Shown: positions 18,043 through 29,113 of the stretch, one piece after another
Layout: every line of letters begins with the position of its first letter
Position numbering within the stretch: the first letter of the stretch is position 1
Origin: Candidatus Omnitrophota bacterium
GTDB lineage: Bacteria; Omnitrophota; Gorgyraeia; B26-G9
Length of the DNA stretch: 64,000 nucleotides
NCBI GenBank assembly: GCA_018817165.1
Contig: JAHITY010000062.1
Span: 26,958 to 90,957 of the forward strand
Direction: 5' to 3'
The notes under the pieces: generated by a model
Told to the model about the DNA's origin: nothing
What the model saw: only the letters and a program-made list of their open reading frames with translations
The model's database searches: none
Program-made: the position numbers and the translations under genes

Positions 18043-18501
18043 ATGGATTTTAATCCAAAAGTTAAAAAGGTAGTCCAGGAAGTATTGGAACTTTATCCAG
18101 ATATTGAACTTGTGGATCTTAGTATTAGATCGCAAGACGGTATTCAGATGATTACATTGCTAATTGATACTTCTAAAGGTGTGCGTTTAGATCAATGTGT
18201 GAAAATTAATAAGCAGATTGGGTATAAGCTGGAAGAAACCGAGGGATTTAAGCCAAAATACAAAATTGAGGTTTGTTCTCCAGGAATTGACAGAATCCTT
18301 AAAACCGCTGTTGATTTTAAACGGGTTTGTGGAAAAACTATAAAATTAACAATGTTAAATCCTGGATTAAATGAGCATGTTTTAGTTGGGGTTTTAAATC
18401 AAGTTGCGGAAGATAATATAGTTTTAGAACTTAGTAAAGATAATCAAGTGCAAGTAAATATTGATAATATTAAACAAGCGAGATTGGAAATCGGGTGGTA
18501 G
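18043..18501 (+). CDS. rimP: Ribosome maturation factor RimP
   Basis: EVCSPGIDRIL motif; first gene of the nusA-infB operon. Start moved to ATG 18043 after the leader hairpin and GGAG. Confidence 0.9.
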   Translation: MDFNPKVKKVVQEVLELYPDIELVDLSIRSQDGIQMITLLIDTSKGVRLDQCVKINKQIGYKLEETEGFKPKYKIEVCSPGIDRILKTAVDFKRVCGKTIKLTMLNPGLNEHVLVGVLNQVAEDNIVLELSKDNQVQVNIDNIKQARLEIGW

Positions 18502-18503
18502 CT

Positions 18504-19652
18504 ATGAGTAATGAACTTATAACAGTACTGGATTATATAGAAAGGGAAAAGGGCATTGACCGTGAAATTATTGTCAAAGCCATTGAATCAGCTTTACTTT
18601 CAGCAGCGAAAAAACGTTATGGGGAAGAGGCGGATTTAGAAGTTTCTATTGATTCAAAAACTGGAAATATTAATGTTATGCACGATGGTGTAGATGTGAA
18701 GTCTGGAGAATTCGGAAGAATCGCGGCGCAAACTGCTCGTCAAATAATTACCCAGAAAATACGCGAAGCAGAACGGGAAGTTATTTTTCAGGATTACCAA
18801 ACTAAAATCGGCGATATTACTAATGGGATTGTCCATCGTTTTGAAAAAGGGAATATTATTGTCGATTTGGGGAAATCTGAAGGAGTTTTGTCTTTTAAAG
18901 AAATTTTACCCAAAGAGGAATTCAAGCAAGGCAACAGAGTGCGCGCGCTTATTTTAGATGTTAAAAAGACAAATAAAGGGCCGCAAATAGTGCTTTCAAG
19001 AACTAATGCTGGTTTTGTCAGCAGATTATTTGAATTGGAAGTTCCGGAAATATATGAAGGGATTGTGGAAATAAAGGCAATTTCTCGTCTTGCCGGGGAA
19101 CGCACTAAAGTCGCTGTTTCTTCAAAGGATGATAAAATTGATTGCGTGGGTGCTTGTGTCGGAGTTAGAGGCTCGAGGATTAAAAACATTGTACGGGAAC
19201 TCCAAGGGGAAAAAGTGGATATTGTTCGCTGGAGTGAGGATATTAAGGAATATGTTAAAGCCGCGATTAGTCCGGCAAAAGTTGCCAGCATTGAGCTTTA
19301 TTTAGATGAGAAAAAACTCGATATTGAAGTTGAGGATGATCAGCTTTCGCTAGCTATTGGAAAGCGCGGTCAGAATGTTAGGCTTGCTTCTAAACTGGTT
19401 AATTGGTCGATTAATATCAAAAGTCAATCACAGGGACATGCTGTTATTGAAGAAAAAAAGTTAGATAAGCAGGAATCAGTTTTAGATAAAATATCCGGTA
19501 TCGGCAAGAAAACGCTGGATGCATTGGTCGAAGCTGGTTTTGATGATATTGATGTTTTAAATAATTCTACAGCAGATGATCTTACTAAAGTAAAGGGCGT
19601 TGGTAAAAAACGCGCAGAACAGATAATCGAAGAATTAAAAGATCTTACTTAA
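18504..19652 (+). CDS. nusA: Transcription termination factor NusA
   Basis: FGRIAAQTARQ, S1 and KH domains, AIGKRGQNVRLA, C-terminal HhH. Confidence 0.97.
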   Translation: MSNELITVLDYIEREKGIDREIIVKAIESALLSAAKKRYGEEADLEVSIDSKTGNINVMHDGVDVKSGEFGRIAAQTARQIITQKIREAEREVIFQDYQTKIGDITNGIVHRFEKGNIIVDLGKSEGVLSFKEILPKEEFKQGNRVRALILDVKKTNKGPQIVLSRTNAGFVSRLFELEVPEIYEGIVEIKAISRLAGERTKVAVSSKDDKIDCVGACVGVRGSRIKNIVRELQGEKVDIVRWSEDIKEYVKAAISPAKVASIELYLDEKKLDIEVEDDQLSLAIGKRGQNVRLASKLVNWSINIKSQSQGHAVIEEKKLDKQESVLDKISGIGKKTLDALVEAGFDDIDVLNNSTADDLTKVKGVGKKRAEQIIEELKDLT

Positions 19653-19682
19653 TAGATTCTATAAACATAAGAAAAGGATGCT

Positions 19683-21689
19683 ATGGGCGTTAGAGTATAC
19701 GAATTAGCTAAAGAATTCGGGATTAGCAGCAAGGACATGGTGCTTAAATTAGAGAAGTTAAATGTCATTGTTAAAGGGCATATGAGCGCTATTGATGAAG
19801 ATACCGCAGAGTTGGTTCGTCATGAATTTGCTCCAAGCCATTCTGAAAAAATTAAAGTTCCCAAAAAAGAAGCGAAAAAAGAATTAAAAAAAGTTGTGGA
19901 AAAAGTTGTGGAAAAAGAAGCAGTTAATCCTGCGGCCAAGACAATTATTGGGAAAGTGCCGATGAGTGTAAAAGAGCTTTCCGCAAAAATGCAAATCAAT
20001 CCTGCCGAGATAATAAAAAAATTGATGGGTTTGAAAATTATGGCAACGGTCAATCAAAGCTTGGATAAAGATGTTTTAGAGCTTATTTGTTTGGAATTTG
20101 ATTGTCATTTTGAAAAAGAACTTAATGCTGAGGAAAAGCTTTTAGTAAAACATATTCACTCTGAGGATAAATCAAGACATCCTCGTCCTGCAGTAGTTAC
20201 TCTTATGGGGCATGTTGATCATGGAAAAACATCATTATTAGATGTAATTAGAAAGTCTAATATCACTAATAAAGAATCCGGAGGAATTACCCAGCATATC
20301 GGTGCTTATGAAGTTATGCTGGAAAAGGGAAGTATAACTTTTCTTGATACTCCTGGACATCAAGCTTTTACTGCTATGCGTGCGCGGGGAGCAAATATAA
20401 CTGACATTGTAATAATTGTTGTGGCAGCTGATGACGGGTTAATGCCACAGACTATTGAAGCAATCAATCATGCTAAAGCTGCGCAAGTCCCGATAATAGT
20501 GGCGGTTAATAAAATGGATGTGCGCGGGGCTGATATTGATAATGTAAAACGTCAATTAGCTGAGATTAATTTAACTCCTGAGGATTGGGGAGGAAAAACA
20601 ATGACTATTCCTGTTTCAGCTAAAGAAGGGACCGGGATAGATCATTTGCTGGAAATGATCATTCTTGAGGCAGAAATGCTAGAATTAAAAGCTAATGAAG
20701 AAGGTTTGGCTAGAGGGGCAATAATCGAAAGTAAGCTTTCTAAAGGAAGTGGACCAACAGCAACTATTTTGGTCCAGAACGGGACATTGAGAATTGGTGA
20801 TATTTTTGTTTGCGGTAATACTTTTGGTAAAGTCCGTTCAATGATTAATGATGCTGGACAAAGAGTTGAGCAAGCTGGACCTTCTGTTCCGGTTGAAATA
20901 TCAGGATTGTCTCAAGTCCCTCAGGTCGGTGATGAGTTCTTTGTGGTTGAAGATGAACGCAAAGCTAAAGAAATATGTATTAATAAACATGAAGCTCTAA
21001 GACGGGAAAGATTAGTCCCGGCGCAAAGAGCGACATTAGAACAGATTTTTGAACAAGCCCTAACCGGTAAGATAAAAGAACTGTATTTGATAATAAAAGC
21101 GGATGTTCAGGGATCTTTAGAGGCCTTAAGTAGTTCTTTAGAAGATTTGTCTACTGATGACATTAGAGTAAGGATAATTCATTCTCAGGTCGGCAATATT
21201 AATGAATCAGATGTTATGCTGGCAATAGCAAGTAAAGCGATTATTCTTGGCTTTCATGTGGGTGTTGAATTAAAGGCTAATGAAACAGCCGCGAAAAAGG
21301 GCGTGGATATTAGATTATATAGAATAATTTATGAAGCCATAAATGAAGTTCGTTTAAGTATGGAAGGGTTGCTTGATCCAACAATAAGAGAAACTTTTAT
21401 TGGCCGGGCAAAAGTACTGCAGGTTTTTGCGGTTTCTAAAGTGGGCAAGATTGCCGGATCAACTGTTGTTAAAGGTAAATTTGTTCGCAATTCTGATCTG
21501 TTGAGAGTTTTTAGAGGTGAGCAGTGTGTTTATGAAGGAAAAATGGATTCTTTAAAACGATATAAAGACGATGTTAAAGAAGTTGGAGAAGGTCTTGAAT
21601 GCGGAATAGGTTTTGATAAGTTCAGCTCGATTGAGCCGGATGATATCATTGAATGTTACCGCGTTGAAAAGATCGCTCGCAAACTCTAA
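19683..21689 (+). CDS. infB: Translation initiation factor IF-2
   Basis: [27 protein letters not shown]. Confidence 0.98.
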   Translation: MGVRVYELAKEFGISSKDMVLKLEKLNVIVKGHMSAIDEDTAELVRHEFAPSHSEKIKVPKKEAKKELKKVVEKVVEKEAVNPAAKTIIGKVPMSVKELSAKMQINPAEIIKKLMGLKIMATVNQSLDKDVLELICLEFDCHFEKELNAEEKLLVKHIHSEDKSRHPRPAVVTLMGHVDHGKTSLLDVIRKSNITNKESGGITQHIGAYEVMLEKGSITFLDTPGHQAFTAMRARGANITDIVIIVVAADDGLMPQTIEAINHAKAAQVPIIVAVNKMDVRGADIDNVKRQLAEINLTPEDWGGKTMTIPVSAKEGTGIDHLLEMIILEAEMLELKANEEGLARGAIIESKLSKGSGPTATILVQNGTLRIGDIFVCGNTFGKVRSMINDAGQRVEQAGPSVPVEISGLSQVPQVGDEFFVVEDERKAKEICINKHEALRRERLVPAQRATLEQIFEQALTGKIKELYLIIKADVQGSLEALSSSLEDLSTDDIRVRIIHSQVGNINESDVMLAIASKAIILGFHVGVELKANETAAKKGVDIRLYRIIYEAINEVRLSMEGLLDPTIRETFIGRAKVLQVFAVSKVGKIAGSTVVKGKFVRNSDLLRVFRGEQCVYEGKMDSLKRYKDDVKEVGEGLECGIGFDKFSSIEPDDIIECYRVEKIARKL

Positions 21690-21697
21690 TTTAGCCC

Positions 21698-22681
21698 ATG
21701 AAAAAAAAGATTCTAAGCGGGATGCGCCCCACCGGAAAACTTCATTTAGGCCACCTTGTTGGTGCGCTTAAAAACTGGAGTAAATTGCAGGATGAGTATG
21801 ATTGCTTGTTTATGGTTGCTGATTGGCATGCCTTGATGAGTGAATACAAAAATCCTGAAAACCTAAAAGAATATGCTTTGGATAATGTTATTGATTGGAT
21901 CAGTTGTGGTATTGATCCGGAAAAATCAACTTTATTCATTCAGTCCCAGGTTCAGGAACATTTGGAGCTATATATGACTCTTTCCTGTATTACTCCTTTG
22001 GGCTTGCTGGAGAGATGTCCTACTTATAAAGAACAGTTGCGTGAGCTTAAGACCCGGGAAGTAAATAATTATGCTTTTCTGGGTTATCCTGTTTTGCAGG
22101 CTGCAGACATTTTGCTGTATAAGGCTGAGGTTGTGCCAGTGGGTGAGGATCAATTACCCCACTTGGAACTTACGCGGGAGCTTTCCAATCGATTTAATTC
22201 AAATTTTAAACAGCAGGTATTTCCTGAACCTCAAGCTATGTTAACCCAGTTTCCGCGTCTGCTTGGGCTTGACGGAAGAAAAATGTCTAAAAGTTATGAT
22301 AATTATATTGGCTTAAGTGATGATTCGGATATCATATTTGCTAAAGTAAAAACCATGATCACTGATCCTAAAAGAATCAGAAAAACAGATCCCGGGGATC
22401 CTGAGGTTTGCAATGTTCATAGTTATTATAAGGTGTTTAGTGATCAACAAATGTGCGCAACTGTAGAGAAGCAGTGTCAAAATGCTGAGATTGGCTGTAC
22501 TGATTGTAAAAAAAGATTAGGGGACATCTTGGTGAAATTTCTCGAGCCAATACAGGCAAAAAGAAAAGAATTATTAAATGATAAGAAAATAATCTTAAAA
22601 ATTTTGGAAACAGGCCAAGAAAAGGCCGCAACTATTGCGGGAGCTACCATGAAGCAAGTCCGTCAGGCGGTAGGCTTATGA
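21698..22681 (+). CDS. trpS: Tryptophanyl-tRNA synthetase
   Basis: SGMRPTGKLHLGH, YPVLQAADIL, KMSKS. Confidence 0.97.
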   Translation: MKKKILSGMRPTGKLHLGHLVGALKNWSKLQDEYDCLFMVADWHALMSEYKNPENLKEYALDNVIDWISCGIDPEKSTLFIQSQVQEHLELYMTLSCITPLGLLERCPTYKEQLRELKTREVNNYAFLGYPVLQAADILLYKAEVVPVGEDQLPHLELTRELSNRFNSNFKQQVFPEPQAMLTQFPRLLGLDGRKMSKSYDNYIGLSDDSDIIFAKVKTMITDPKRIRKTDPGDPEVCNVHSYYKVFSDQQMCATVEKQCQNAEIGCTDCKKRLGDILVKFLEPIQAKRKELLNDKKIILKILETGQEKAATIAGATMKQVRQAVGL

Positions 22682-23421
22682 GTTATAAAATTAAGTTAGA
22701 AATATTTGAGGGTCCATTAGACTTGCTGCTTTATTTGATTAAACGAAATCATTTGGATATTACGAATATCCCAATTGCTAAGGTAACAGAGCAATACATG
22801 CAGTATATGGAGCTGATGCGTTTGCTTGATTTGGGGATTGCCGGAGAGTTTTTGGTAATGGCAGCGACTTTAATGCACATAAAATCTAAAATGCTTTTGC
22901 CTCCGGATCAAACCGAAGAAGAAGTTTTGGAAGAGGATCCGCGAGCTGAGTTGATTAAAAAACTTTTAGAGTATAAAAAATTTAAGGAAGCAGCTAGTTT
23001 TTTAGAAAACAAAGAATCAATCCAGCGGAAAGTGTTTAAACGGGTAAATCCCTCGGCTAATGTGGAAGGCGAGGAAGAGATATTTTTTGAAACCCGACTG
23101 TTTGATTTAATTGGAGCTTTTTCAAAAGCATTACGTGATATTCCGAAGGATCTGTTTCGGGAAATCATGAAAGATGAATTTACTGTTGAAGGTAAAATTC
23201 ATGATTTGCTGCATACTCTTGTGGAAAAAAGAAAAATTCTTTTAAATGATCTCTTCGCGGAATCAAAAAATAAGTATGAAGTAATTGTGACTTTTCTGGC
23301 TGTTTTGGAACTTATCCGTCAAAAAGAAATTGTTGGTGCGCAAAAAGGACTATTTGGAGAAATCTTTATTTTTTTAAATGAAGAAAGAATCTTGCCGTCA
23401 ATGCATGTAAGTACAATATAG
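22678..23421 (+). CDS. scpA: Segregation/condensation protein A
   Basis: FEGPLDLLLYLI; TFLAVLEL. Confidence 0.95.
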   Translation: MSYKIKLEIFEGPLDLLLYLIKRNHLDITNIPIAKVTEQYMQYMELMRLLDLGIAGEFLVMAATLMHIKSKMLLPPDQTEEEVLEEDPRAELIKKLLEYKKFKEAASFLENKESIQRKVFKRVNPSANVEGEEEIFFETRLFDLIGAFSKALRDIPKDLFREIMKDEFTVEGKIHDLLHTLVEKRKILLNDLFAESKNKYEVIVTFLAVLELIRQKEIVGAQKGLFGEIFIFLNEERILPSMHVSTI

Positions 23422-23432
23422 GAGTTTTTATT

Positions 23433-24332
23433 ATGATCGAACTGGAGTTAAATAAAATTATCGAGGCGCTTTTGTTTGTCAGCGAGAAACCTCTTACTAT
23501 AAAACAAATTATTGAGGTTTGCCCAAAAGCGACTCCTGGAGATATTAAAAAAACGCTTAAGGATTTAAAGGAGCAGTATAGCGCGCCGGAAAGAGGTGTG
23601 CAGATCATTGAAGTTGCTGGCGGGTATCAGTTTTGCTCTCATCCCGACTGTGAGCCATATCTGAGTAAGCTTTATAAAACAAAAAAAGTTTTTCGGTTGT
23701 CCGGCCCGGCATTAGAGACTTTAGCGATAATTACTTATAAACAGCCTGTAACCAAAGCGGAAATGGAATTTATTCGCGGGGTAAATGTTGATGGCGTTAT
23801 GAAAAGTTTGGAAGATCGTGAACTGATAAAGATTAAAGGTCGTAAAGAAGTTGCCGGCAGGCCGATTCTTTATGGAACTAGTGATAAGTTTTTACATTAT
23901 TTTGGCTTAAAATCATTACAGGATTTGCCTAGTCTGGAGGAGTTTGCCGCTACTGCTTTGGAAAAAGAAGCACAAATCAAGCAAGAGCATGATGAAGAAA
24001 ACGAGCTCAATGAACAAGTAGAGCAAAATGGAGAACAAGCTGATATAAAAAAGCAAGAGCCGGAAAACGTCGATTCAGATTCAGAGCAGGATTTATCAGA
24101 AAATGATTCCGAGCTTGAGATAGAAGAAATTGATCAGAAAAATGATAATTATGAAAATACTGATGATTCTGAAGCTGAAATAAAATTAGATTCTGAATTG
24201 GAATCAGGAGCAGCTGTGGAAGAGATTTTGGAATCTGAGGATGAAAAAACGCCTTCAGAACAAATGCAAACTCAAACAGGAGATGCATGTGATGAGCAAG
24301 ATGAACATACAGAAATTGCGAAAAGCAATTGA
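23433..24332 (+). CDS. scpB: Segregation/condensation protein B with long acidic tail
   Basis: IEALLF, ALETLAIITYKQPVT, GRPILYGT...FGLKSLQDLP. Confidence 0.93.
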   Translation: MIELELNKIIEALLFVSEKPLTIKQIIEVCPKATPGDIKKTLKDLKEQYSAPERGVQIIEVAGGYQFCSHPDCEPYLSKLYKTKKVFRLSGPALETLAIITYKQPVTKAEMEFIRGVNVDGVMKSLEDRELIKIKGRKEVAGRPILYGTSDKFLHYFGLKSLQDLPSLEEFAATALEKEAQIKQEHDEENELNEQVEQNGEQADIKKQEPENVDSDSEQDLSENDSELEIEEIDQKNDNYENTDDSEAEIKLDSELESGAAVEEILESEDEKTPSEQMQTQTGDACDEQDEHTEIAKSN

Positions 24333-25362
24333 TCTAATTGATGAAAAATTAATTGAGCTGCTAAATAAGCGTACCAATTATGCTATTGAAATCGGTAAGC
24401 TTAAAAAAATGACAGGCGAGCCTGTGTTTATGCCCGCCCGTGAGCAAAAAGTGTATGACAATGTGTGCAAATTCAATAAAGGCCCGCTTGATAGTAAAAT
24501 GCTTATGGCTATATACAGAGAAATAATGTCTTCAACGATTATGCTGCAGCATCCGATGAAAGTAGCTTATCTTGGTCCACAGGCAACTTTTACTAATTTG
24601 GCTTCGATTAAAAAATTTGGTTCTCAGGTTGAGTATATTGCCAGTCAAACAATTACTGATGTTTTTTCGGAAGTAGAAAGGGGTAATTGTGACTTTGGCG
24701 TAGTTCCAGTAGAAAATTCGATTGAAGGTGCTGTGAATCATACATTGGATATGCTGGTTGATTCTGATTTGAATATTTGTTCGGAAATTCGTTTGGATAT
24801 CGCCCATAATCTTATGGCTAAATGTCTGCTTAAAGATATAAAGCGGATATATAGCAAAGATCAGGTTTTTGGCCAATGCCGGATTTGGATTGAAACCCAT
24901 TTACCGAACTGTGAATTAATTGAGGTTAATAGTACAACTAAAGCTGCGGAAATTGCGGGCAAAGAGGAAAATTCAGCAGCTATTGCCAGCTCTTTGGCAG
25001 CCCAGGTTTATCAGCTTGATATCTTAGCTGAATCAATCGAAGATTCTCCGCATAATATGACCAGGTTTCTGGTCATTGGAAAAAAACAGGCAAAGCCGAC
25101 AAAGCGGGATAAGACTTCAATTGTTTTTTCAATAAAAGATAAGGTGGGAGCTTTGCACGATATGATTAATGTGTTTAGTTCTGCTAAAATAAATTTAACC
25201 AAAATCGAATCAAGACCTTCAAAAAGAAAAGCCTGGGATTATTATTTTTTCGTTGATATGCAGGGGCATATGAGTGACCCAAAATTAAAAAAAGCTTTTG
25301 CGCAGCTTGAGAAAAAATGTTATTTTCTTAAGGTTATTGGTTCCTATCCAATGAGTATTTAA
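24292..25362 (+). CDS. pheA: Chorismate mutase/prephenate dehydratase
   Basis: AroQ domain, PVENSIEG, TRFLVIG, ACT domain LTKIESRP. Start ATG 24292 follows AGGAG. Confidence 0.95.
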   Translation: MSKMNIQKLRKAIDLIDEKLIELLNKRTNYAIEIGKLKKMTGEPVFMPAREQKVYDNVCKFNKGPLDSKMLMAIYREIMSSTIMLQHPMKVAYLGPQATFTNLASIKKFGSQVEYIASQTITDVFSEVERGNCDFGVVPVENSIEGAVNHTLDMLVDSDLNICSEIRLDIAHNLMAKCLLKDIKRIYSKDQVFGQCRIWIETHLPNCELIEVNSTTKAAEIAGKEENSAAIASSLAAQVYQLDILAESIEDSPHNMTRFLVIGKKQAKPTKRDKTSIVFSIKDKVGALHDMINVFSSAKINLTKIESRPSKRKAWDYYFFVDMQGHMSDPKLKKAFAQLEKKCYFLKVIGSYPMSI

Positions 25363-25422
25363 AGCAAGCTATATATTTATAGACGTATTGTTGATTATTC
25401 AATATTTTTTGAGGGCTTTAAA

Positions 25423-26529
25423 ATGAATCTTAAAAAAGTAGTCAGAGAAGTTGTTGCCGGGATTAAGCCTTATATCCCGGGGAAACCGATCGAAGAAGTA
25501 AAAAGAGAGTATAAACTGAAAGAAGTTTATAAGATGGCTTCTAATGAAAATCCTTTGGGACCTTCACCGCGTGCAGTTTCCGCGATAAAAAAAGCTTTAG
25601 CCGGAATTAATTTATATCCAGATGGTTCTTGTTTTTATCTTAAAAAAGCTCTATCTGCAAAATATAAACTAGATATGGAAAATCTTGTAATTGGCAATGG
25701 TTCTGATGAGCTGATTGTTTTGGCTTTGCACGCGTTTATAAATAAAGGGGATGAAGTTATTATTGCTGATCCCACTTTTTTGGTATATAAGCTAGCGGCG
25801 ACATTGATCGAAGCAAAGGTAATCTCAGTGCCGCTTAAAGATTTTCAATATGATCTTGTGTCGATGAAGGCTAAAATTACTAAAAAAACAAAAATGATTT
25901 TCATTGCTAACCCGGATAATCCAACCGGAAGCTATGTGAATAATAAGCAGGTTGCGGAATTTCTAAAAGCATTGCCCAAACATGTAATTGTTTTTTTTGA
26001 TGAAGCTTATTTTGAATACGCGCAAAATATAAAAGATTATCCAGATACATTGAAATATTTAAATCAAGGTAATATCATTGTCAGCCGGACTTTTTCAAAA
26101 ATTTATGGTTTGGGTGGATTACGTGTTGGTTGGGCAGCGGCAAGCAAGGAGATTATTGGCTATTTAAATCAGGTGCGTGAACCGTTTAATGTTAATACTC
26201 TGGCCCAAGTCGGGGCAATTGCCGCTTTGAATGATAAAGCGCATATCGCTAAATCAAGAAAGCTGGTGGAAAAAGGACTTAAGTTTTTCACTCAAGAGTT
26301 TAAAATGCTTGATTTATTCTTTGTTCCCAGCGCGGCCAATTTTATCTTAGTTAAGGTGGGAGCAAATTCCAAAATTATTTATGAAAAATTGCTCAGCAAA
26401 GGAATAATTGTTCGGGAAATGTCAGCTTGGGGATTAAAGGGTTTTATTCGAATTACAATCGGCAATTCCAAAGAAAACAATTTATTTATAACGGAACTTA
26501 AAAAAACATTAAAAACAGGAAATAGCTAA
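25423..26529 (+). CDS. hisC: Histidinol-phosphate aminotransferase
   Basis: ASNENPLG, GNGSDELI, NPDNPTG, RTFSKIYGLGGLRVG. Confidence 0.93.
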   Translation: MNLKKVVREVVAGIKPYIPGKPIEEVKREYKLKEVYKMASNENPLGPSPRAVSAIKKALAGINLYPDGSCFYLKKALSAKYKLDMENLVIGNGSDELIVLALHAFINKGDEVIIADPTFLVYKLAATLIEAKVISVPLKDFQYDLVSMKAKITKKTKMIFIANPDNPTGSYVNNKQVAEFLKALPKHVIVFFDEAYFEYAQNIKDYPDTLKYLNQGNIIVSRTFSKIYGLGGLRVGWAAASKEIIGYLNQVREPFNVNTLAQVGAIAALNDKAHIAKSRKLVEKGLKFFTQEFKMLDLFFVPSAANFILVKVGANSKIIYEKLLSKGIIVREMSAWGLKGFIRITIGNSKENNLFITELKKTLKTGNS

Positions 26530-26546
26530 ATAGAGGAGACGTCAAA

Positions 26547-27560
26547 ATGATTATAGTTCTTAAGCCGCATACGTCAAAAGAAGATAAGGATAAAATACTG
26601 GATAAAATCCATTCGCTTGGTTTGAAAACTTTGGTTTCCGAGGGAGTTGAACGTTCGATAATCGGGATCATTGGAGAAGAAGATATTATTCGCATGCAGC
26701 CTTTAGAAGCCTATCATGGAGTGGAAAGTGTTATTCCTGTGTTGGCGCCTTATAAGCTTGTTTCTCGAGAATTTAAACCGGAAAACAGTATTATTAAAAT
26801 TAAAGACCAGGAAATCGGCAGTCAGAGAATAAGTATAATGGCCGGTCCTTGCGCTATTGAAAATTATGATTCACTGCGGGCGATTGCTCGAGTAGTTAAA
26901 CAAAAAGGGGCAACGATATTAAGAGGCGGCGCGTTCAAACCGAGAACTTCACCATATTCTTTTCAGGGCTTAGGCGAAGAAGGCTTAAAAATAATGAAAC
27001 AGGTTTGTGATGAGTTTGGGCTGCTGAGTGTTACGGAAATTATGGATCCGCGTGACATGCCTTTGATGCACAAATATGTGGACATTATTCAGATCGGGGC
27101 AAGAAATATGCAGAATTTTAATTTGCTCAAAGAAGTGGGTAAATCAAAAATTCCGGTTTTGCTCAAACGAGGAATGATGTCGACAATAAATGAGTTTTTA
27201 ATGAGCGCGGAATATATATTAAGCGAAGGTAATTTTAATGTTATTCTCTGTGAAAGAGGAATTAGAACGTTCGAGACTTATACCCGTAACACTTTGGATA
27301 TCAATGCTGTGCCGGTGATAAAAAAACTTTCCCATCTGCCGATAATTGTTGACCCCAGTCATGCTACAGGAAAGTGGGAATTAGTTATTCCGGCAAGCCT
27401 TGCTTCTATTGCGGCTGGTGCTGATGGGTTAATCATTGAAGTGCATACTAATCCGGAAATTGCCGCTTCTGATGGGTCTCAGACCTTGAACCCGAAAAAT
27501 TTTGAAAAATTAGTTAAAGAAGTCAGCGCAATAGCAAATGCAGTTGGCCGAAAAATTTAA
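26547..27560 (+). CDS. aroF: DAHP synthase, type I-beta with N-terminal regulatory domain
   Basis: AGPCAIE, RGGAFKPRTSPYSFQG, DPSHATG. Confidence 0.93.
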   Translation: MIIVLKPHTSKEDKDKILDKIHSLGLKTLVSEGVERSIIGIIGEEDIIRMQPLEAYHGVESVIPVLAPYKLVSREFKPENSIIKIKDQEIGSQRISIMAGPCAIENYDSLRAIARVVKQKGATILRGGAFKPRTSPYSFQGLGEEGLKIMKQVCDEFGLLSVTEIMDPRDMPLMHKYVDIIQIGARNMQNFNLLKEVGKSKIPVLLKRGMMSTINEFLMSAEYILSEGNFNVILCERGIRTFETYTRNTLDINAVPVIKKLSHLPIIVDPSHATGKWELVIPASLASIAAGADGLIIEVHTNPEIAASDGSQTLNPKNFEKLVKEVSAIANAVGRKI

Positions 27561-27580
27561 AAACACAAAAAGATTAGCTT

Positions 27581-28426
27581 ATGAAAATAAAATTTAAAAA
27601 TGTAGTGATTGTTGGCCCGGGATTGATCGGCGGCTCAATCGGCTTGGTTTTACGCAAGCAAAAAATGGCGGAAAATATTATCGGAGTTGCCCGCCATAAA
27701 GCTACTTTGCTTAAGGCTAAGAAAAAAGAATCAATTATAACCGGAGTTACTGATTTAAAAAAAGCGGTGGCTGATGCTGATTTAGTTGTGTTGGCAACGC
27801 CGGTTATGACGATTAAAGGGATTCTTAGCAGTATTAGTCATTTGCTGAAAAAAGATTGTATTGTTATGGATGTAGGGAGTACAAAGGCAGAGATTGTGGC
27901 TTACGCGGAAAACGTTTTGCCGGATAATGTTTATTTTATTGGAACCCATCCCATGGCTGGTTCGGAAAAAGCCGGAGCCGAATTTGCTTCCGATGCATTA
28001 TTTGATGATTCAATATGTTTTATTACAAAAAATTCTAAATCTAATCGAGCAGCTTTGACAGTAGTAACAAATCTTTGGAAAATGCTCGGCGCAAGAACGG
28101 TGTTGATCGATCCTAAACAGCATGATGATATTGTGGCACAGATAAGTCACTTGCCGCATTTAGTTAGTGTTGCTTTGGTTGATTCTATTAGTTCGGGATT
28201 TTTTAAATTCGCCGCATCCGGGTTTAAAGATACTACCCGGATTGCCGCGGGTGATCCGCAAATTTGGCGGGATATATCTTTTAGCAATAAAGAAGCGATT
28301 TTAAACGCGATTGCTAATTTTGAGAAAAAACTGGCTTTAATTAAAAAAGCAATTAAAAACAATCAAAAACAAATTCTTGTTCGACAGCTAATAAATGTCA
28401 AAAGAAAAAGAGATTCTTTAAAGTGA
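27581..28426 (+). CDS. tyrA: Prephenate dehydrogenase
   Basis: GPGLIGGS, DVGSTK, HPMAGSE, SHLPHL, DTTRIA. Confidence 0.93.
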   Translation: MKIKFKNVVIVGPGLIGGSIGLVLRKQKMAENIIGVARHKATLLKAKKKESIITGVTDLKKAVADADLVVLATPVMTIKGILSSISHLLKKDCIVMDVGSTKAEIVAYAENVLPDNVYFIGTHPMAGSEKAGAEFASDALFDDSICFITKNSKSNRAALTVVTNLWKMLGARTVLIDPKQHDDIVAQISHLPHLVSVALVDSISSGFFKFAASGFKDTTRIAAGDPQIWRDISFSNKEAILNAIANFEKKLALIKKAIKNNQKQILVRQLINVKRKRDSLK

Positions 28427-28444
28427 GAGTATAATAGGATAGTT

Positions 28445-29113
28445 ATGATTATTGCTGTTGACGGACCTGCCGGTGCTGGAAAAAGTACAATTGCCAAATT
28501 GCTGGCTGAGAAATTAGGATTTCTATATGTTGATACCGGGGCTATGTATAGGGCTCTGACGCTAAAAGCGGACAATCAAAATATGGATTTTTCTGATATT
28601 CCGGGTTTGGTTAAAATGGCAGAAAAAACAAAAATTGTTTTAGAAAAAAATAAAAAGGGTAAAACAATTGTTTTTTTGGATGGATTTGATGTGAGTGACG
28701 CGATTCGCGAGCCAATTATCACCAATGCTGTTTATAAATTAGCGCGTTTAGCGGAAATACGCCAGATTATGGTATCTTGGCAGCGTGATTATGGAAAAAA
28801 ACACAGTATTGTTATGGAAGGCCGAGATATTGGTACAGTAGTTTTTCCTAAGGCTGAGATAAAATTTTATCTTGATGCTACTGCTGAAATTAGAGCAAAA
28901 CGCCGGATGATTGAGTTAAAAGAAAAAGAAATTGATATTTTACTCGAGGAACTTATTAAACAAATTGAAGAGCGTGATCATAAAGATAAAACTAGAAAAT
29001 GCGGGCCATTAAAAATTGATGATGATGCAATTTATATTGATTCATCTGCTTTGGATATCCCGCAAGTGGTGGATACAATGCTTAATTACTTAAAGGATTA
29101 TAATGAAAAATAG
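28445..29113 (+). CDS. cmk: Cytidylate kinase
   Basis: DGPAGAGKST, DTGAMYR, EGRDIGTVVFP. Confidence 0.97.
   Translation: MIIAVDGPAGAGKSTIAKLLAEKLGFLYVDTGAMYRALTLKADNQNMDFSDIPGLVKMAEKTKIVLEKNKKGKTIVFLDGFDVSDAIREPIITNAVYKLARLAEIRQIMVSWQRDYGKKHSIVMEGRDIGTVVFPKAEIKFYLDATAEIRAKRRMIELKEKEIDILLEELIKQIEERDHKDKTRKCGPLKIDDDAIYIDSSALDIPQVVDTMLNYLKDYNEK

Noticed and set aside
21689-28445. Absence of rbfA/truB after infB and of aroA between tyrA and cmk
   Set aside because: Operon rearrangements are common and the genes may be elsewhere; this cannot be judged from one window.
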